Source of the DNA: Octopus sinensis
Taxonomy: Eukaryota
Assembly (NCBI RefSeq): GCF_006345805.1
Contig: NC_042998.1
Span: 132,246,001 to 132,310,000, forward strand
Length of the DNA: 64,000 nucleotides
Direction: 5' to 3'
Position 1 is the first letter of the stretch. Each line of letters starts with the position of its first letter. Positions 13,058 through 26,719 of this stretch are shown one piece after another. The translations under genes and the position numbers were made by a program. The notes under the pieces are model-generated. The model did no database searches. It was given only the letters and a program-made list of their open reading frames with translations, and had not been told where the DNA came from.

Positions 13058-13385
13058 CTCCTTCAGTCATAAATAACCATGGGATTGTACCTGGGAAGTT
13101 CTCCTCCGAGACACAAGTTTGGGCAAGGTTGTTTATGGAAGACCAGCAGTCGCCCATGCATACCGGCCTCCCCTCTCCACGCCACTGATGTTATCCAAGG
13201 GAAAGGTAAAAGGCTGATACAGCTTGGCACCAGTGACGTCATAACTCATTTTTACAGCCGAGTGAACTGGAGCGATATGAAATAAAGCGTCTTGTTCAAG
13301 AACACAACACACGGCCCATTTCGGGAATCAAACGCATTACCCCATGATTGTAAGCCTGACATTCTAACCACTGAACCATGTGCCT

Positions 13386-13388
<3 letters not shown>
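13058..13388 (-). mobile_element. tRNA-headed SINE, second body type (GACCATGGGATTG..ACCAGCAGTCGCCCATGCATACC on the plus strand)
   Basis: Minus-strand head GAAGGCACATGGTTCAGTGGTTAG..GTTTGATTCC. Sister copies at ~5160-5420 and ~53665-53850. Confidence 0.8.
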
Positions 13389-13460
<72 letters not shown>

Positions 13461-14449
13461 ATATATGTATGTATGTATGTATATCAGTGTGTGTGTGCAA
13501 CTTTGTTTGTTTAGACAACCAGCTCTGCTTTATCTATGTCCACACAAACTGGTGAATTTGCAAATGAGGTGAGCAATCGAATAAATGCTAAGCTAAAAAT
13601 ATATAGTGGAATCAATTTATATCAACTAAACCCTTAAAGGTGTTGCTCTGGTGCGGTTGTTGATCAGCGGCTATAACATCTAGAAAGAATAACGGAATTA
13701 ACAAAGTTTCAAATGTCAGCAGCATTGATTTCTCTGGAAATGGAATTTACTGTATTAAATCTACTTTAAGATGGAAATTGGTGGAGAGATTGAAGCGAAA
13801 CTGCAAAACAGTTTAATATAAAACAAGGCAACTGTTAGAATAATTAAAAGATTTGGAGAAACAATCAGGGTGAGTGTGATGGCTGGGACTCTCAATAGTT
13901 TTAAAACACCTGTTATGTATTTTAGTATTAGTAGTCTTTTATTTTTTTTACTTGTTTCAGCCATGATGGAGCACCTCCTTTAGTTGAACAAATTGACCCC
14001 AGGACACATCTGAAGGTATTGGTCATGCAATTCAGAGGCTTGCTTCCCAGCCCCAGAATTTTAGTTTCAGTCACACTGCACAGCAGCGAAAGCCTTGGAA
14101 TGAATTCTGTAGGCAGAAACTCATGCCTTTTAAGATGTGTCAAATAAGGAATTCCTTGATTGAAAAGCACGTAAGAGTTAGTACTAGGATGGGGATCCAG
14201 CTATAAAAGATTGCTTCAGTAATATATTTATCTAACCCATGCTAGCAAGGAAACATGGATGTTAAATGGACACATGAATCAACAAATATGTCTTTATAGG
14301 TGCAAGTGTGTGTGTGTGTGTCTATGTATGTTTATAGATGTCTATCTATACTTATATATATATATATATATCTACACACCCTCCCACGCACATAAGTAAA
14401 TTTGTATTCAGTAATATATTATATATATATATATATATAGATATATATA

Positions 14450-14485
<36 letters not shown>

Positions 14486-15563
14486 TCATACATGTATATA
14501 TACATAGATATATGCATATAGTGTGTGTGTGTGTGGCACACACCATCCATCATTCTGACATCCAATGTTCTATATTTGCATGGAGCAAATATACTTTATT
14601 AAAGCAGATTTTTCTACAGCTGGCTGCTCTTCCTGCCACCAACCTCAACCCGTTTCCAAGAGAGGTAATAAATATTTCGTTTATTTCTTTTGTTCTGAAC
14701 AATACAATGGACAGATATATTTTCAATGAAGACTGCTAGTAAATGACGCTGCTTATATGACAGAGATGATGTTTTACTTCTACCACATGACAGCAAGATA
14801 CAAACACACATGCAGGGATGCACGTATATAACTACCCATGTGCTGTTGGCAATTTCTTTTTCTTCTTTGGACTTTTCCCTTCTTCCTTTCCCAAAAAAGA
14901 GCTATGCTCTAAATGTCAAAAACTCTCTCTTTTTACTGAGTGTCAAACTAATACATTCCATGTGCAATCTTCCTGCAGTCAGTTATTGTTAATTTTATTG
15001 TCCAATTTATTTGAATTGACTATATATATATATAAAATATGTGTGTGTGTGTGTGTGAGTGTACACGCACACATATATATTTATTATTAGTGACAGAAGC
15101 AGTTTTAATTTAAACTCACAATCTATAAAATCATACTCAAAAGTAGATATACTGTGGAAAGCCTGAAAACTGCAGCATTCACCTTCAGAAAGTTTCTCTT
15201 ATGAACATCCAGTGTTAAAAAACACAGAAATATATCAGTAACGGATATAAAACATCCAGCAGAGGTGGTGGCTACGGTTGGGATGGTTGGGATTGATATC
15301 ACAGTTTTCAGACTTTTAACAACAGTATATCTGCTTTATATATGAATATACAAATATATGCATACATATATATATATGTGTGGGTGTATATATAAATATA
15401 TATATACACACACATGCACTTACAATCTGATTGACATTTAACATTGCTCCACTACCTTGAAGCAATGCAATGAGCTGGTGGATTAAGAGTAGGTTAGGGT
15501 AATAAAGTGAAGGGTGGAATATGTAGCCTGAGAGTTATGTGGCGGAGAAAAGTAAACTGCTCG

Positions 15564-15595
<32 letters not shown>

Positions 15596-16176
15596 AAGAA
15601 GTAAGACAAGTGTTTGCTGAGTAGGAGGGAAGTGGTGAATGAGATATATCCTATAGTGAGAGAGAGAGTGAGAGGATGAGAGAGCAATCAAATGCATTTC
15701 TACGCATATGTATACACACACACACACACACATACAGACACACAAATACATACACACACACATGCAGGCACACAAATCCACATGCGCACGCACGCACACA
15801 CACACACACACACACGTTTATGAAAGTTTTTTTTTTTGAGATCATGTGTTTTTTGTGGGCCAATCATTGGTTCACAGCATTTCTGGTAGTGAGTGACTAG
15901 GGAGTGTTTGTGCATTTTGGGTGGAATAAATATAGGAAGGTATTGATGTTCAGTGAACCATTTTACTGGTTTCATTTGCAATATGCATATCTTATTGCCT
16001 GCAGACAAAAATTAATGGTATATAAATATGTAAGACGGCAAATTTAGCACAATTGCTAGCATGCCAGACAAACTGCTAATCAGCATTTCTTGTGGTTCGT
16101 AATATTCTGAATTCAAATCTAGTTGGTCAACCTTGTCTTATATTCTTTTGGGGTTGGCAATATAAGTACCCGATGA

Positions 16177-16409
16177 AAGGTGGCGAGCTGGCAGAAATGT
16201 TAGCACGCCGAGCGAAATGCGTGGCCGTATTTCGTCTGCCATTACGTTCTGAGTTCAAATTCCGCTGAGGTCGACTTTGCCTTTCATCCTTATGGGGTCG
16301 ATAAATTAAGTACCAGTTATGCACTGGGATTGATGTAATCGACTTAATCTGTTTGTCTGTCCTTGTTTGTCCCCTCTGTGTTTAGCCTCTTGTGGGTAGT
16401 AAAGAAATA
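16177..16409 (+). mobile_element. Young full-length tRNA-derived SINE with an 18-bp target-site duplication, nested in an older SINE of the same family
   Basis: Body GGTGGCGAGCTGGCAGAAATGTTAGCACGCCG..GAGTTCAAATTCC (B-box-like)..GTAAAGAAATA, CpG-rich. TSD AATATAAGTACCCGATGA (16159-16176) vs AATATAAGTACCTGATGA (16410-16427). Confidence 0.85.
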
Positions 16410-18145
16410 AATATAAGTACCTGATGAGTACTGTGGTCAATGTAATTGACTAATCTCCACCCCCAGCAAAATTTCAGACCTTGTGCTTTTATATTACAAA
16501 GGAATATCATATACATATATAAGGTGATGAGTTTGCCATAATCATTAGCATGTTGGGCAAAATTCTAAGTGGTATTTCTTCTAGCACTTTACGGAATCAA
16601 TGAAATAAAGCATCAATCAAATACTTGGGTTGATGTCTATTCCTGCTCACTAAAATTACCGGCCTTGAACCAAAATTTTGAAATAGCAGACATGGCTGTG
16701 TAGTAAGAAGCCTGCTTCCTGGAACCACATGGTTCCGGGTTCCATATCACTGCATGGACCTTGGGCAAATGTCTTCTATTATAGCCTCAGGCTACCCAGG
16801 GCCTTGTGAGTGGATGTGGTTGACAGAGAACTGAAAGAAGCCTGCAGTATATGTGTGTGTGTGTGTGTGTGTGTGCACCTTTGTGTCTATGTTTGTCCCC
16901 TACAACTGCTTCACAACTTGTGCTTGTGTGTCCATTCCCCTATAACCTAGCCTGGCGCATCCTCCTGGCTTGCCAGTCCTCAGTCAGACCGTCCAACCCA
17001 TGCCAGCATGGAGAGCAGATGTTAGATGATGATAATGATGGTGATGATATATATATATTATTTATCTTTCACTTGTTTCGGTCATTGGATTGTGGCCATG
17101 TTGGGGCATTACTTTAAAGGCTTTTTGTCAAATAACTCAACTCCTATATTTGCATTTAAAAAATTTTTTTTTAGCCGACTGCTTATTCTATTGGGCCCTT
17201 TTTTCCTGAACTGCTAATTTATAGAGACATAAACAAACCAACACCAGTTGTTAAACAGTAGGGGTATGGTATGTGACGAAGACAGATATAAAGATATCCA
17301 GAAATATACATCATCATCATCATCATCATCATTTAACATCTGTCTTCCATGTTGGCCTAGTTTTGACAGTTTGACAGGAGCTGGCTGACTGGAGAGTTGT
17401 GCCGGGCACCATTGTCTGTTTTGCCATGGTTTCTGTGGCTACCAGCCATACACACACACACACACACTGGGCTTCGACACAATTTCCATCTACCAAATTC
17501 ACTCACAATGCATTAGTCGACCCAGAGCTTTCATTGAAGACACTTCCCCAAAGTGCTATGTGGCCTACTCTATGTCCCCTGATGCTGTATGGCCTCAAAG
17601 CAAGCCTCCTAACCACACAGCCAGCTTGTGCCTTGCTCCTTAACTATGCAGCAAAGCTGTTCTGTTGTACCTACTGAAGAATGAGTATCTAACATATGTA
17701 ATCAAATTAAATTATTTGCTAGAAGCTGATGATACTCTCAGGGACAGTAGGTGCTGGCATGGATGCACTATAGAGAAGACTCTTCTAAATCACATCTCTT
17801 TTGAGTTGTCTTGATGTGTGGCATCTTAGGCAAGTATTTTCTATTGCAGCTGAAAACAGCCTTGTGAGTGGATTCTATTGACAGGACCTGAAAGAAGCTT
17901 GCCGTGTGTGTGTATGTGTGTGTGTTCATCTGTCCTTGTTTTGGCATTGCATAATAGTTTGAAATAAGTGTCACTTTCATGCTTAGCAGTATCATACCTT
18001 TCCAGTACTCTGTAAAAACATGTCTGGCTGTATGGAAATATTATGTTGCTTGGAAACCAAGTGAGGGTTGGTAACAGGAAGGGTATCGAGCCATAAACGT
18101 ACGCAAACATGAAAAAGTCAATGTTAAAATGATGATGATAATGAG

Positions 18146-18185
<40 letters not shown>

Positions 18186-20235
18186 GGGTATGAGTGTGCA
18201 TGCGTATGTATAAGAATATATATATATATATATACACACATACACACTCACAGACACATGCAGAACAGGGTGTGTATATATATATATATATATATTTATA
18301 TATGCAAACACACATACATGTATGCGGTGTGTATATGTTCTTCCAGTTCCCTTGATATTTTTTTTTATCTGTCTGCCTTTTGTCCTGCCTTCTAAGCCAT
18401 TGTGTTGTTTTATGTGAACTGCACTCTTCAGTTTTATTCTTTAGTATTTATCCTGGAGACACACAGCCTACCTACAAAAACACACACACACATGCGTGCG
18501 TGTACCCCCCCCCCCACACACACACGCTATCAAAATTGAAAGTCACTTCCACTTGAACACTGTCAATAGTACGTGTTCATTTGTGCATGATGTGTTTATG
18601 TATACATACCTTATGCATGTGTATGTGTACGTGGTTGTGTGTCTGTGTCTATAACTATGTATACAATTTTAGAAATATGTACATAGCCATGTGCAGGTAT
18701 ATGAATGCATATGCACATACCTCTATGAATGTATGTGTAAATGCAGGTGTCTATATATATATATACGGGCGTGACTGTGTGACAGGAAGTTTGTTTTGCA
18801 ACCACATCATTCTGGGTTCAGTCTCATTGTCAGAGACTTTGGGAAAAGGCACCTTCTCCTATAGCCTCGGTTCAACCAAAGACTTCCTAGGGGATTTGAT
18901 AGGCAGAAACACTGTGTGTGTGTGTGTATAATATATATATATATATATATATGAAAATAGATAAATATGTATATATGTATGTATATATATATGTATGCAC
19001 AAAGAATAAGTGCAAGGTTTAAAAAATAAGTAATGCAGTTAATTTTGTTTGACTAAAACATAATCCAGCATGGCCAGAGTCAAATGACTGAAACAAGTAA
19101 AAGAATAAAAGAATATATAAATAGATCTGAGGTCCTTTCTGAGCTGTAGGCTCATAAGATCACTCTCCTTGGTTCTATCAGCATATATATATTCTCAGCA
19201 AGACAGGATGTTGTTCCGTTGCATAATTCCTCATTTTTGCTGACTGTGTAAACTGGATCAATGTGAAATGAAGTGATTTGCTCAAGAACACAATGTATCA
19301 CCTGGTTGAAGAATTGAAACAGCAATCTTACGATCATGAGTATAACATCCTACTAACTAAGCCAAGTGCTACATGTATAAATGTTTGTGTGTGTTTAAGT
19401 GTGTGTTCTTCTACATGTATTTCAGCATTTCTATACATTTGTGTGTATACATACATAAATGCTTACATGTATGTATATATATATATATATATATATACAT
19501 ACATACATGCGCATGCACACACACACACACATACACACACGTCTGTACATAACTGTTGGACAGTGCAATTAAGTGATCAAGACTGTATTGGTGGATGAAA
19601 TTTCTTTATTTGTAAGTTAAGGCTACCATTGGTTTCATATTTTGAAAAGTTGCTAAGATATTAAGATATGTTTCTTGAAAATGAAACCTATGGTACCCTT
19701 AATACACAAACACACACACACACACACTTATATATGGCTGGAAATGGAATGTGATCCAATACACAGCTGCTGCTGGATCATATTCATCTATGTAATTATT
19801 TATAAAATAATGTATATGATGGCATGGGACTGAAAAACTCACCAATTTGCAGCTGTTGCCACTGCACAGAGACAAATGTAATTTGTAATTAAAGCCTGTT
19901 CATTCCCTCTTCTTGCTCTATAAATTTTTATATAAATTCTATACACTAACTGAGTACCACATATATATCCACTCAAAGGAGTAATCCTGCTGTATGATGG
20001 TATATGATAGCCAATAATTATATATAAGCTTTTAAATGCACCTTATGGGGTTATTACCTAGATAATATTGAATATATATATATATATGTATGCACATGTG
20101 TGTGTGTATGTGTATATATATATATAATAATAATAGTAGGGAATATAATTCCAAACTTACAGGGAAAAATTCAGTTTAGCATTTGGCTGGCTTTTTTTTG
20201 TGCAAACTGCATGTGCATTTTTCTTGTGTAGGCAT

Positions 20236-20480
20236 AGTATCGATCGCAACAGCTGATGTACTTGTGCATTCAAATGCACGTTCCCAATGCTTTATCGATC
20301 GCATTCTCACCTGGAATCGATTTTTGTAATTTTTTCAAGACTTATACACACCCTGACACCGTTGGTAACTACAAATCAAATTTGAGCACGACGGGATGGC
20401 GGATGCCTGAGATCCTAGAAGACACACACAGAGACAGACAGACAGACAGAACGGATTTTATATAATTGATATATAGATTT
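20236..20480 (+). mobile_element. Possible non-autonomous Helitron/Helentron (DINE-1/HINE-like) element
   Basis: CpG-rich body with a repeated TATCGATCGCA motif, CAAATTTGAGCACGAC, then an (ACAG)n microsatellite and a terminal TTTTATATAATTGATATATAGAT. This is the layout of DINE-1-like elements. No coding sequence. Confidence 0.4.
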
Positions 20481-20836
20481 GTATGTATGAATATATATAT
20501 ATGTTGTTGCTATTATGCAATAGTTTCCTAAGTCCAAAATGCTGCTTTTTCAGAAAATGAAAAAATATTTTCACCATTCCATAGCAAAACCATTCTACTA
20601 GACTTTGACGATTTTCGATATCTCGGCATCTGAAGCAGCTGGAGATACAATAGTTTGACCAAAAGAACAGGCTATTGCAAGCAAAAATAAATGTTGAAAA
20701 AAACTCATTCTGCAACATTTGGACATATGACAGTTTCACATAATATCAATGACATATACATGCATGTGTGTGTGTGTATAATGTATATATGTATGTATAT
20801 ATGTATGTATATATATATATATATATATATATACAT

Positions 20837-20891
<55 letters not shown>

Positions 20892-20974
20892 TGATTGATT
20901 GATTGATTCTAGTTTCAGCTCGTGAGCTGTATATATGTATGTATGTATATATATACATGTACATCTATCTATTT

Positions 20975-21037
<63 letters not shown>

Positions 21038-21158
21038 TGCACACACACACAGATGTACATATATGGACATATTTTAGATCTACAAATACATACACTTACA
21101 GACAGAAAGCAACAAAAGAAAAAAAAAAGAAGCAAGTTCAACACATTCTATTCCAGAA

Positions 21159-21221
<63 letters not shown>

Positions 21222-21553
21222 TGTGATCTGATGCAAAAGTATTCATTGAACTAGTGGAATCTTTTATTTGAAACACAAAGACAGTGTATTTGTTTCCAGA
21301 GGAACTGTGACACTCTTCATCAACACATTTCTCGTTTTCACAATATTTCTGGTTTAGAAATAATCTCTAATAGATTGCGCTTCTTTGTAGATTGGTCTTT
21401 CATTTTTGGTTGTTTTTTCCTACTTTTTTGTGTGTTTTTTATATATCATCTATGTGTGTTTTTCCTTGTTAATTTGTTTTTTTTATTTTTTCAAAGTGGA
21501 GTGAAGAAGATAAGGAAAACAAAGAAATCTAGATAGAAAATGTCAGAGAGAGG

Positions 21554-21585
<32 letters not shown>

Positions 21586-21698
21586 TGTGCTGAAGGGGAT
21601 TGGGGAAGAATGTAACATTACAAAAACAGACTCTAGTACAAAACATTTTGGATGTACTCTGTATGAGTGTTTGTAGTGTGTGTGTAATATATATATAT

Positions 21699-21730
<32 letters not shown>

Positions 21731-21784
21731 CACACACACATATATATATATGCATGCATTTATGTTCATATGTAAACATATGTA

Positions 21785-22050
21785 TGTTCATGTATGAATT
21801 ATAAAAAGCACCATCCGAACATGGCTGATGCCAGTGCTGCCTTGGCCAGCCTCCTCTAGCCCCTGTGCCGGTAACACATAAAAAGCACCCACTACACTCA
21901 GAGTGGTTGGCATTAGGAAGGGCATCCAGCTGAAGAAACACTGCTAGACCAGACTGGAGCCTGGTGCAGCCTCCTGGCTTCCCAGACCCCGGTCAAACCG
22001 TACAACCCATGCTAGCATGGAAAATGGACGTTAAACTATGATGATGATCA

Positions 22051-22055
<5 letters not shown>
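21785..22055 (+). mobile_element. RTE-tail repeat copy
   Basis: Standard family body and (GAT)n tail. Confidence 0.8.
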
Positions 22056-22092
<37 letters not shown>

Positions 22093-22109
22093 AAAATAAT
22101 AATAATAAT

Positions 22110-22385
22110 AGGGAGTAAATCCAAACTTACTTATCTCTAATTTATATATATATATATATATATATATCTGTGTGTGTATAGATACGTTTATAGATGTGTG
22201 CATTAAATTTGCGAGGATACACATGCACACACACACATATGATATTAGGGAGTAAATCCAAACTTACTTATCTCTAATTTATATATATATATAATATATA
22301 TATGTGTGTGTGTGTATAGATACGTTTATAGATGTGTGCATTAAATTTGCAAGGATACACATGCACACACACACATATGATATTC
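22110..22385. repeat. ~135-140 bp tandem duplication
   Basis: AGGGAGTAAATCCAAACTTACTTATCTCTAATTT..GGATACACATGCACACACACACATATGATATT occurs twice back to back. Confidence 0.92.
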
Positions 22386-22693
22386 GTGAATAAGTATTAA
22401 TTTAGATTTTGACCCTGCAGCTGGCTCACTGTTTCACTGTTTTATCACAGTGTCATCAGAGGTCACTGATAACAGCATGAAACAGTTGGCCAGCTCTCAG
22501 AAAATGTATTAATGTGCATGAACACACACTCACAAACACACACACACACACCACAAACACACCACACAAACACATATGTTGTGTGCATGTGTGTAAATAT
22601 ATATATGTTGTGTGCATGTATATGTAAGTATATATACACTTATATATGTATTTATATAGAGAGGTAGATAGATATAGATGTAGTTGCATATAC

Positions 22694-22744
<51 letters not shown>

Positions 22745-23479
22745 AGCATTTACACATATATATCAGAATATTTTAAAACTGATATTTCCACAGTTGTATA
22801 TGTGTATATGTGCATCTTTACATATATATATGTTGGAGCACTCCATCGGTTACAATAACCAGCTGATCTGATCGACGCAACAACTTGCTCGTGAAATTAA
22901 CGTGCATGTGACTGAGCACTCCACAGACATGTGTACCCTTAACGTAGTTGTGAGGGAGATTAAGCATGACACAGAATGTAACGTGGTTGGCCCTTTGACT
23001 GACTGGTACAGCTCATTTTTAGCAGCTGAGTGGACTGGAGTAACATGAAATAAAGAGTCTTGCTGAAGGACACATCGCGTCACCAGAAGTTAAACTAACG
23101 ACCCTACGCGTGTGCATGTGCATACATATGAATGCATATGGGAGTGCGTGCATGAATGTACTTTTTGTGTGTATATATATGCGCACACACATCAGGCTAT
23201 CAATAACTGAAGAGATGTCGATGTGGGTTTCAGCCCCGACATCTGAAACTCGGAGTTTTATCATGGTTACCGAATAATTGTCACATATTATATTTACAGA
23301 TAAATTCCTCTATTTACAGCCTCTTTCATTCTTTTGTTATCTAGCCGTTTCTATCATATATATATATATGTATGTGTTTATGTGTATGTATGTGTATTTA
23401 TATTTATATATATATATATATGCATATAGATTCAGGCACAAATTCATGCCTCATGTATACTACACACATCATGTTGTTT

Positions 23480-23780
23480 GTTTGTTCCTTCTCAAGCCAC
23501 GCCTGGCTCATAAGGGCTGGTTTCCCAGTTTCCTTGGCGTATAGGTTCCCCACCTGGACGGGACACTGGTCCGTCGCAAGTGAGCTGCAAGATGCAGGAG
23601 GAAAGAATGAAAGAAAGTTGTGGCGAAAGAGTCAACAGAAGTTCGCCATTACCTTCTGCCGGAGCCACGTGGAGCTTAGGTGTTTCACTCATAAACACAC
23701 ACATCGCCCGGTCTGAGATTCGAACCTGAGATCCCTCGACTACGAGTCCACTGCTCTAACCACTAGGCCATGTGCCTCAC
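23480..23780 (-). mobile_element. tRNA-headed SINE with a V-SINE-like central motif
   Basis: Minus-strand head GGCACATGGCCTAGTGGTTAGAG..GGTTCGAATC (clear A and B boxes). The core GCGACGGACCAGTGTCCCGTCCAGGTGGG resembles the GCGATGGACTGGCG..TGTCCAGGG motif of V-type SINE cores (recollection). Confidence 0.75.
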
Positions 23781-24279
23781 ACACACACACACACACACAC
23801 ATCATGTGCAAAAGGATTCATAGGTTTACCGGTGGAAATTTTATTATGGCATATATTCATATGTGTGAGTGAGCTTGTGTGTTTTGTGTATCTTAGTTAC
23901 AATACCATAAAAAAAAAGTGTGAATGGTGCATGAGGACTGATGGAGTTAAAATTGACACAGAACTCTGTGTGTGTTTGTGCGCATATGTATGTGTGTGTG
24001 TGTGTAGGTATCAGTGTGGTGACATATATTTGTATGTTCATGTTTCTACATCTGTTTTTCCTTGCTAGTATGGGTTAGGTGCATATACTATTAAGGCAGT
24101 GTTAGGAGTGGCTGTGTGGTAAGTAGCTTGCCTACTGACCACATAGCTCCGAGTTCAATTCCCCTGCATAGCATCTTGGGCGAGTGTCTTCTACTATAGC
24201 CTTGGGCTGACCAAAGCCTTGTCAGTGGATATGGTAGACAGCCACTGAAAGAAGCTTGTTGTATCATCATGATCATTAT

Positions 24280-24540
24280 TATCAGCATCATTGTTTAACA
24301 TCCGTTTTCCATGCTGGCATGGGTTGAACCCAGGAGGCCGCACCAGACTCCAATCTGATCTAGCAATGTTTCTACAGCTGGATGTCCTTCCTTACGCCAT
24401 CCACTCCAAGAGTGTAGTGGGTGCTTTTTACATGCCACTGACACAGGAGCTAGTCGGGGCGAGGGGGCTGGCATTGCCCACATTCAGATGGTACATTTTA
24501 CCTGCCACCAGCACGGGAGCCAGTCAGACGGTGCTGGCAT
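24280..24540 (-). mobile_element. RTE-tail repeat copy
   Basis: Reverse complement of the family tail, starting at (CAT)-rich 24265-24290. Confidence 0.75.
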
Positions 24541-24566
24541 CGTATATATGTGTGTGTATGTGTCTG

Positions 24567-24599
<33 letters not shown>

Positions 24600-24602
<3 letters not shown>

Positions 24603-25270
24603 GTATCTTAAATAGCTAGTCACTTCCTCTATAGACCTTTACTTGCTAATCTCCAGTAAAATTAGAAGTATGTGGTGCTACATCTTTTCTTCAATACCTT
24701 CACTTTGTTCTCTATGTGTTTACTTTTCACACTTTGTAATTTACTTCAAATTTACTCACAGCTACCCAAACACACTTAAGTGTCTCTCATAAATCTCACA
24801 TTCATTTTCAACTCCCCAATGTTTACACTTTTGAAAATAAATACTTTCTAAACATAAGTCCTTTGCCAGTAATGTTACCACTTCCTCAACAGTCTACTAT
24901 ATCTATCACTTCCTACCTATTTTAGCACGGAAGGCTTTCTGTCTATCCCTTTCGAGCTATTACATGCTTTTAATCTGATTGCATCTGAACTTTAATCAGT
25001 TTTCTCTACAGCAGAAACCTCTTACTCAGACTTGCTCTCCTCCTCTTTCAAGCCTGCTTTAACTGTTGATGCAGATTGCTTACTTGTCTCTAATTGTCTT
25101 TGTGTCTTACTCATCTATTTGTAAACCTCCATTTGAAATTTGATCATTTTAAAATTTGGAATTTTCCATTTCCCTTATATGGAAAGCTTGTCTTCAATCT
25201 TATTTAACTCTACCTTTGTCTGAGTTGAATTATTGCACACCTTTTCCCTTAAACTTAATAATTTCACAAA
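24600..25270 (-). pseudogene. Decayed A-rich coding-like segment (possibly LINE ORF1 or another TE coiled-coil protein)
   Basis: One minus frame over ~24962-25258 reads LSLREKVCNNSTQTKVELNKIEDKLSI*GKWK..MEVYK*MSKTQRQLETSKQSASTVKAGLKEEESKSE*EVSAVEKTD*SSDAIRLKAC. K/E/S-rich, 4 stops in ~100 codons, strong purine skew; family not recognised. Confidence 0.3.
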
Positions 25271-26030
25271 TTACATTCTCATTATAGTCGACAAGGTCAG
25301 CTTGACCAAAAACCCTTCTTTAGTGTGTCAGAGAATATTTTCAATCAATAATCTTTATTCAACACTTAAATACTTAACACTTTCATATATTCGTTGGTTC
25401 GTTACACAGCCATTTTCCCATTCTACCATGGGGCACATGAATATGTTATTTGAGGTATTTTTACTGCCTGTTGTTCATCCTGTCACCAACCTTTACCTGT
25501 TTTGCAAGTGAGGGATAGCTTTTTCAACATGGATTTTGAAAGCATGAAGTGACCAGAGGATTTATTGACGGGAGGGAATTACAATATCACTGACAGTTGC
25601 ACCGTACAAGCACCTGCTGAAGTAAACAAATGCACTCACACACAAACAAACACACACATGCACACACGCGCGTGCTCGCACAACGGTCCTCTTTCAGTTA
25701 AGCATGCTCTGAATCCACACACAAGATTTATTCCAGAAGGCACTTTTCCTAGGTACCACATTGTGGGACTAAATCAGAAACCAAGCTAGGCTGCTCAAAT
25801 GCTTACAGAAGGTACTGAGTGCATTTCCTCATGGCACCAGCTCAAGGGATGTTGAATAGTCCTTGTGAGACATAACTAGGGGTACCTCATACCCCTACAG
25901 TTGTCTGTGCTAATTTTGCCGACCTCTTTAGTGTGAACAGTAAGTAAGTGGGAGCTTGTACAGTAAAAAGTAAATTTGAGAAAGTATCAAGGACTGAGCA
26001 TGTCAATCTATCTCTTTGCCTCTTTTTCAG

Positions 26031-26165
<135 letters not shown>

Positions 26166-26719
26166 TATGTATGTATGTATGTATGTATGTATATATATAT
26201 ATGTATGAATGTGTGTGTATATATGTGTGTATCTATCTATCTATATATATATATACATACACATACACACATATATATATATGCATGTATGTATGTATGG
26301 GTGTGTGCGTATTTTCTGAATATTGGATTAAACCATCAATTTTATTAAAACATCACATAATTTATGGCAGCTATGGGAAGCTCATTAATGTCACAGATTC
26401 AAATTACCTTACTGCTGAAAATTAACATCGTTTTTTTAATGAGCTCAGGAAGGAACCTTTGTATACTCTCTAGACTTGCTAGAAAGTGCAGCAATAGCTC
26501 TCTCAAGTAATATCCTATTATCATACATGTCTACATTGATTAGGAACATAAAACAGGATGGTCACAGCTGGAATGCTTTGATATTAGGTGTCATATGAGA
26601 CAACAATGAAACTATGAACATGAGCTGATTATCTTACCTAATTACCAAAACAGAGAGCAACTTATATCGTTATGCACACACACACACACACCACACACAC
26701 ACACACAGACACACACATA

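Noticed and set aside
23705-23780. tRNA gene
   Set aside because: A and B boxes are present but there is no complete cloverleaf or acceptor stem, and it runs directly into a SINE body; the same applies to the other tRNA-like heads.
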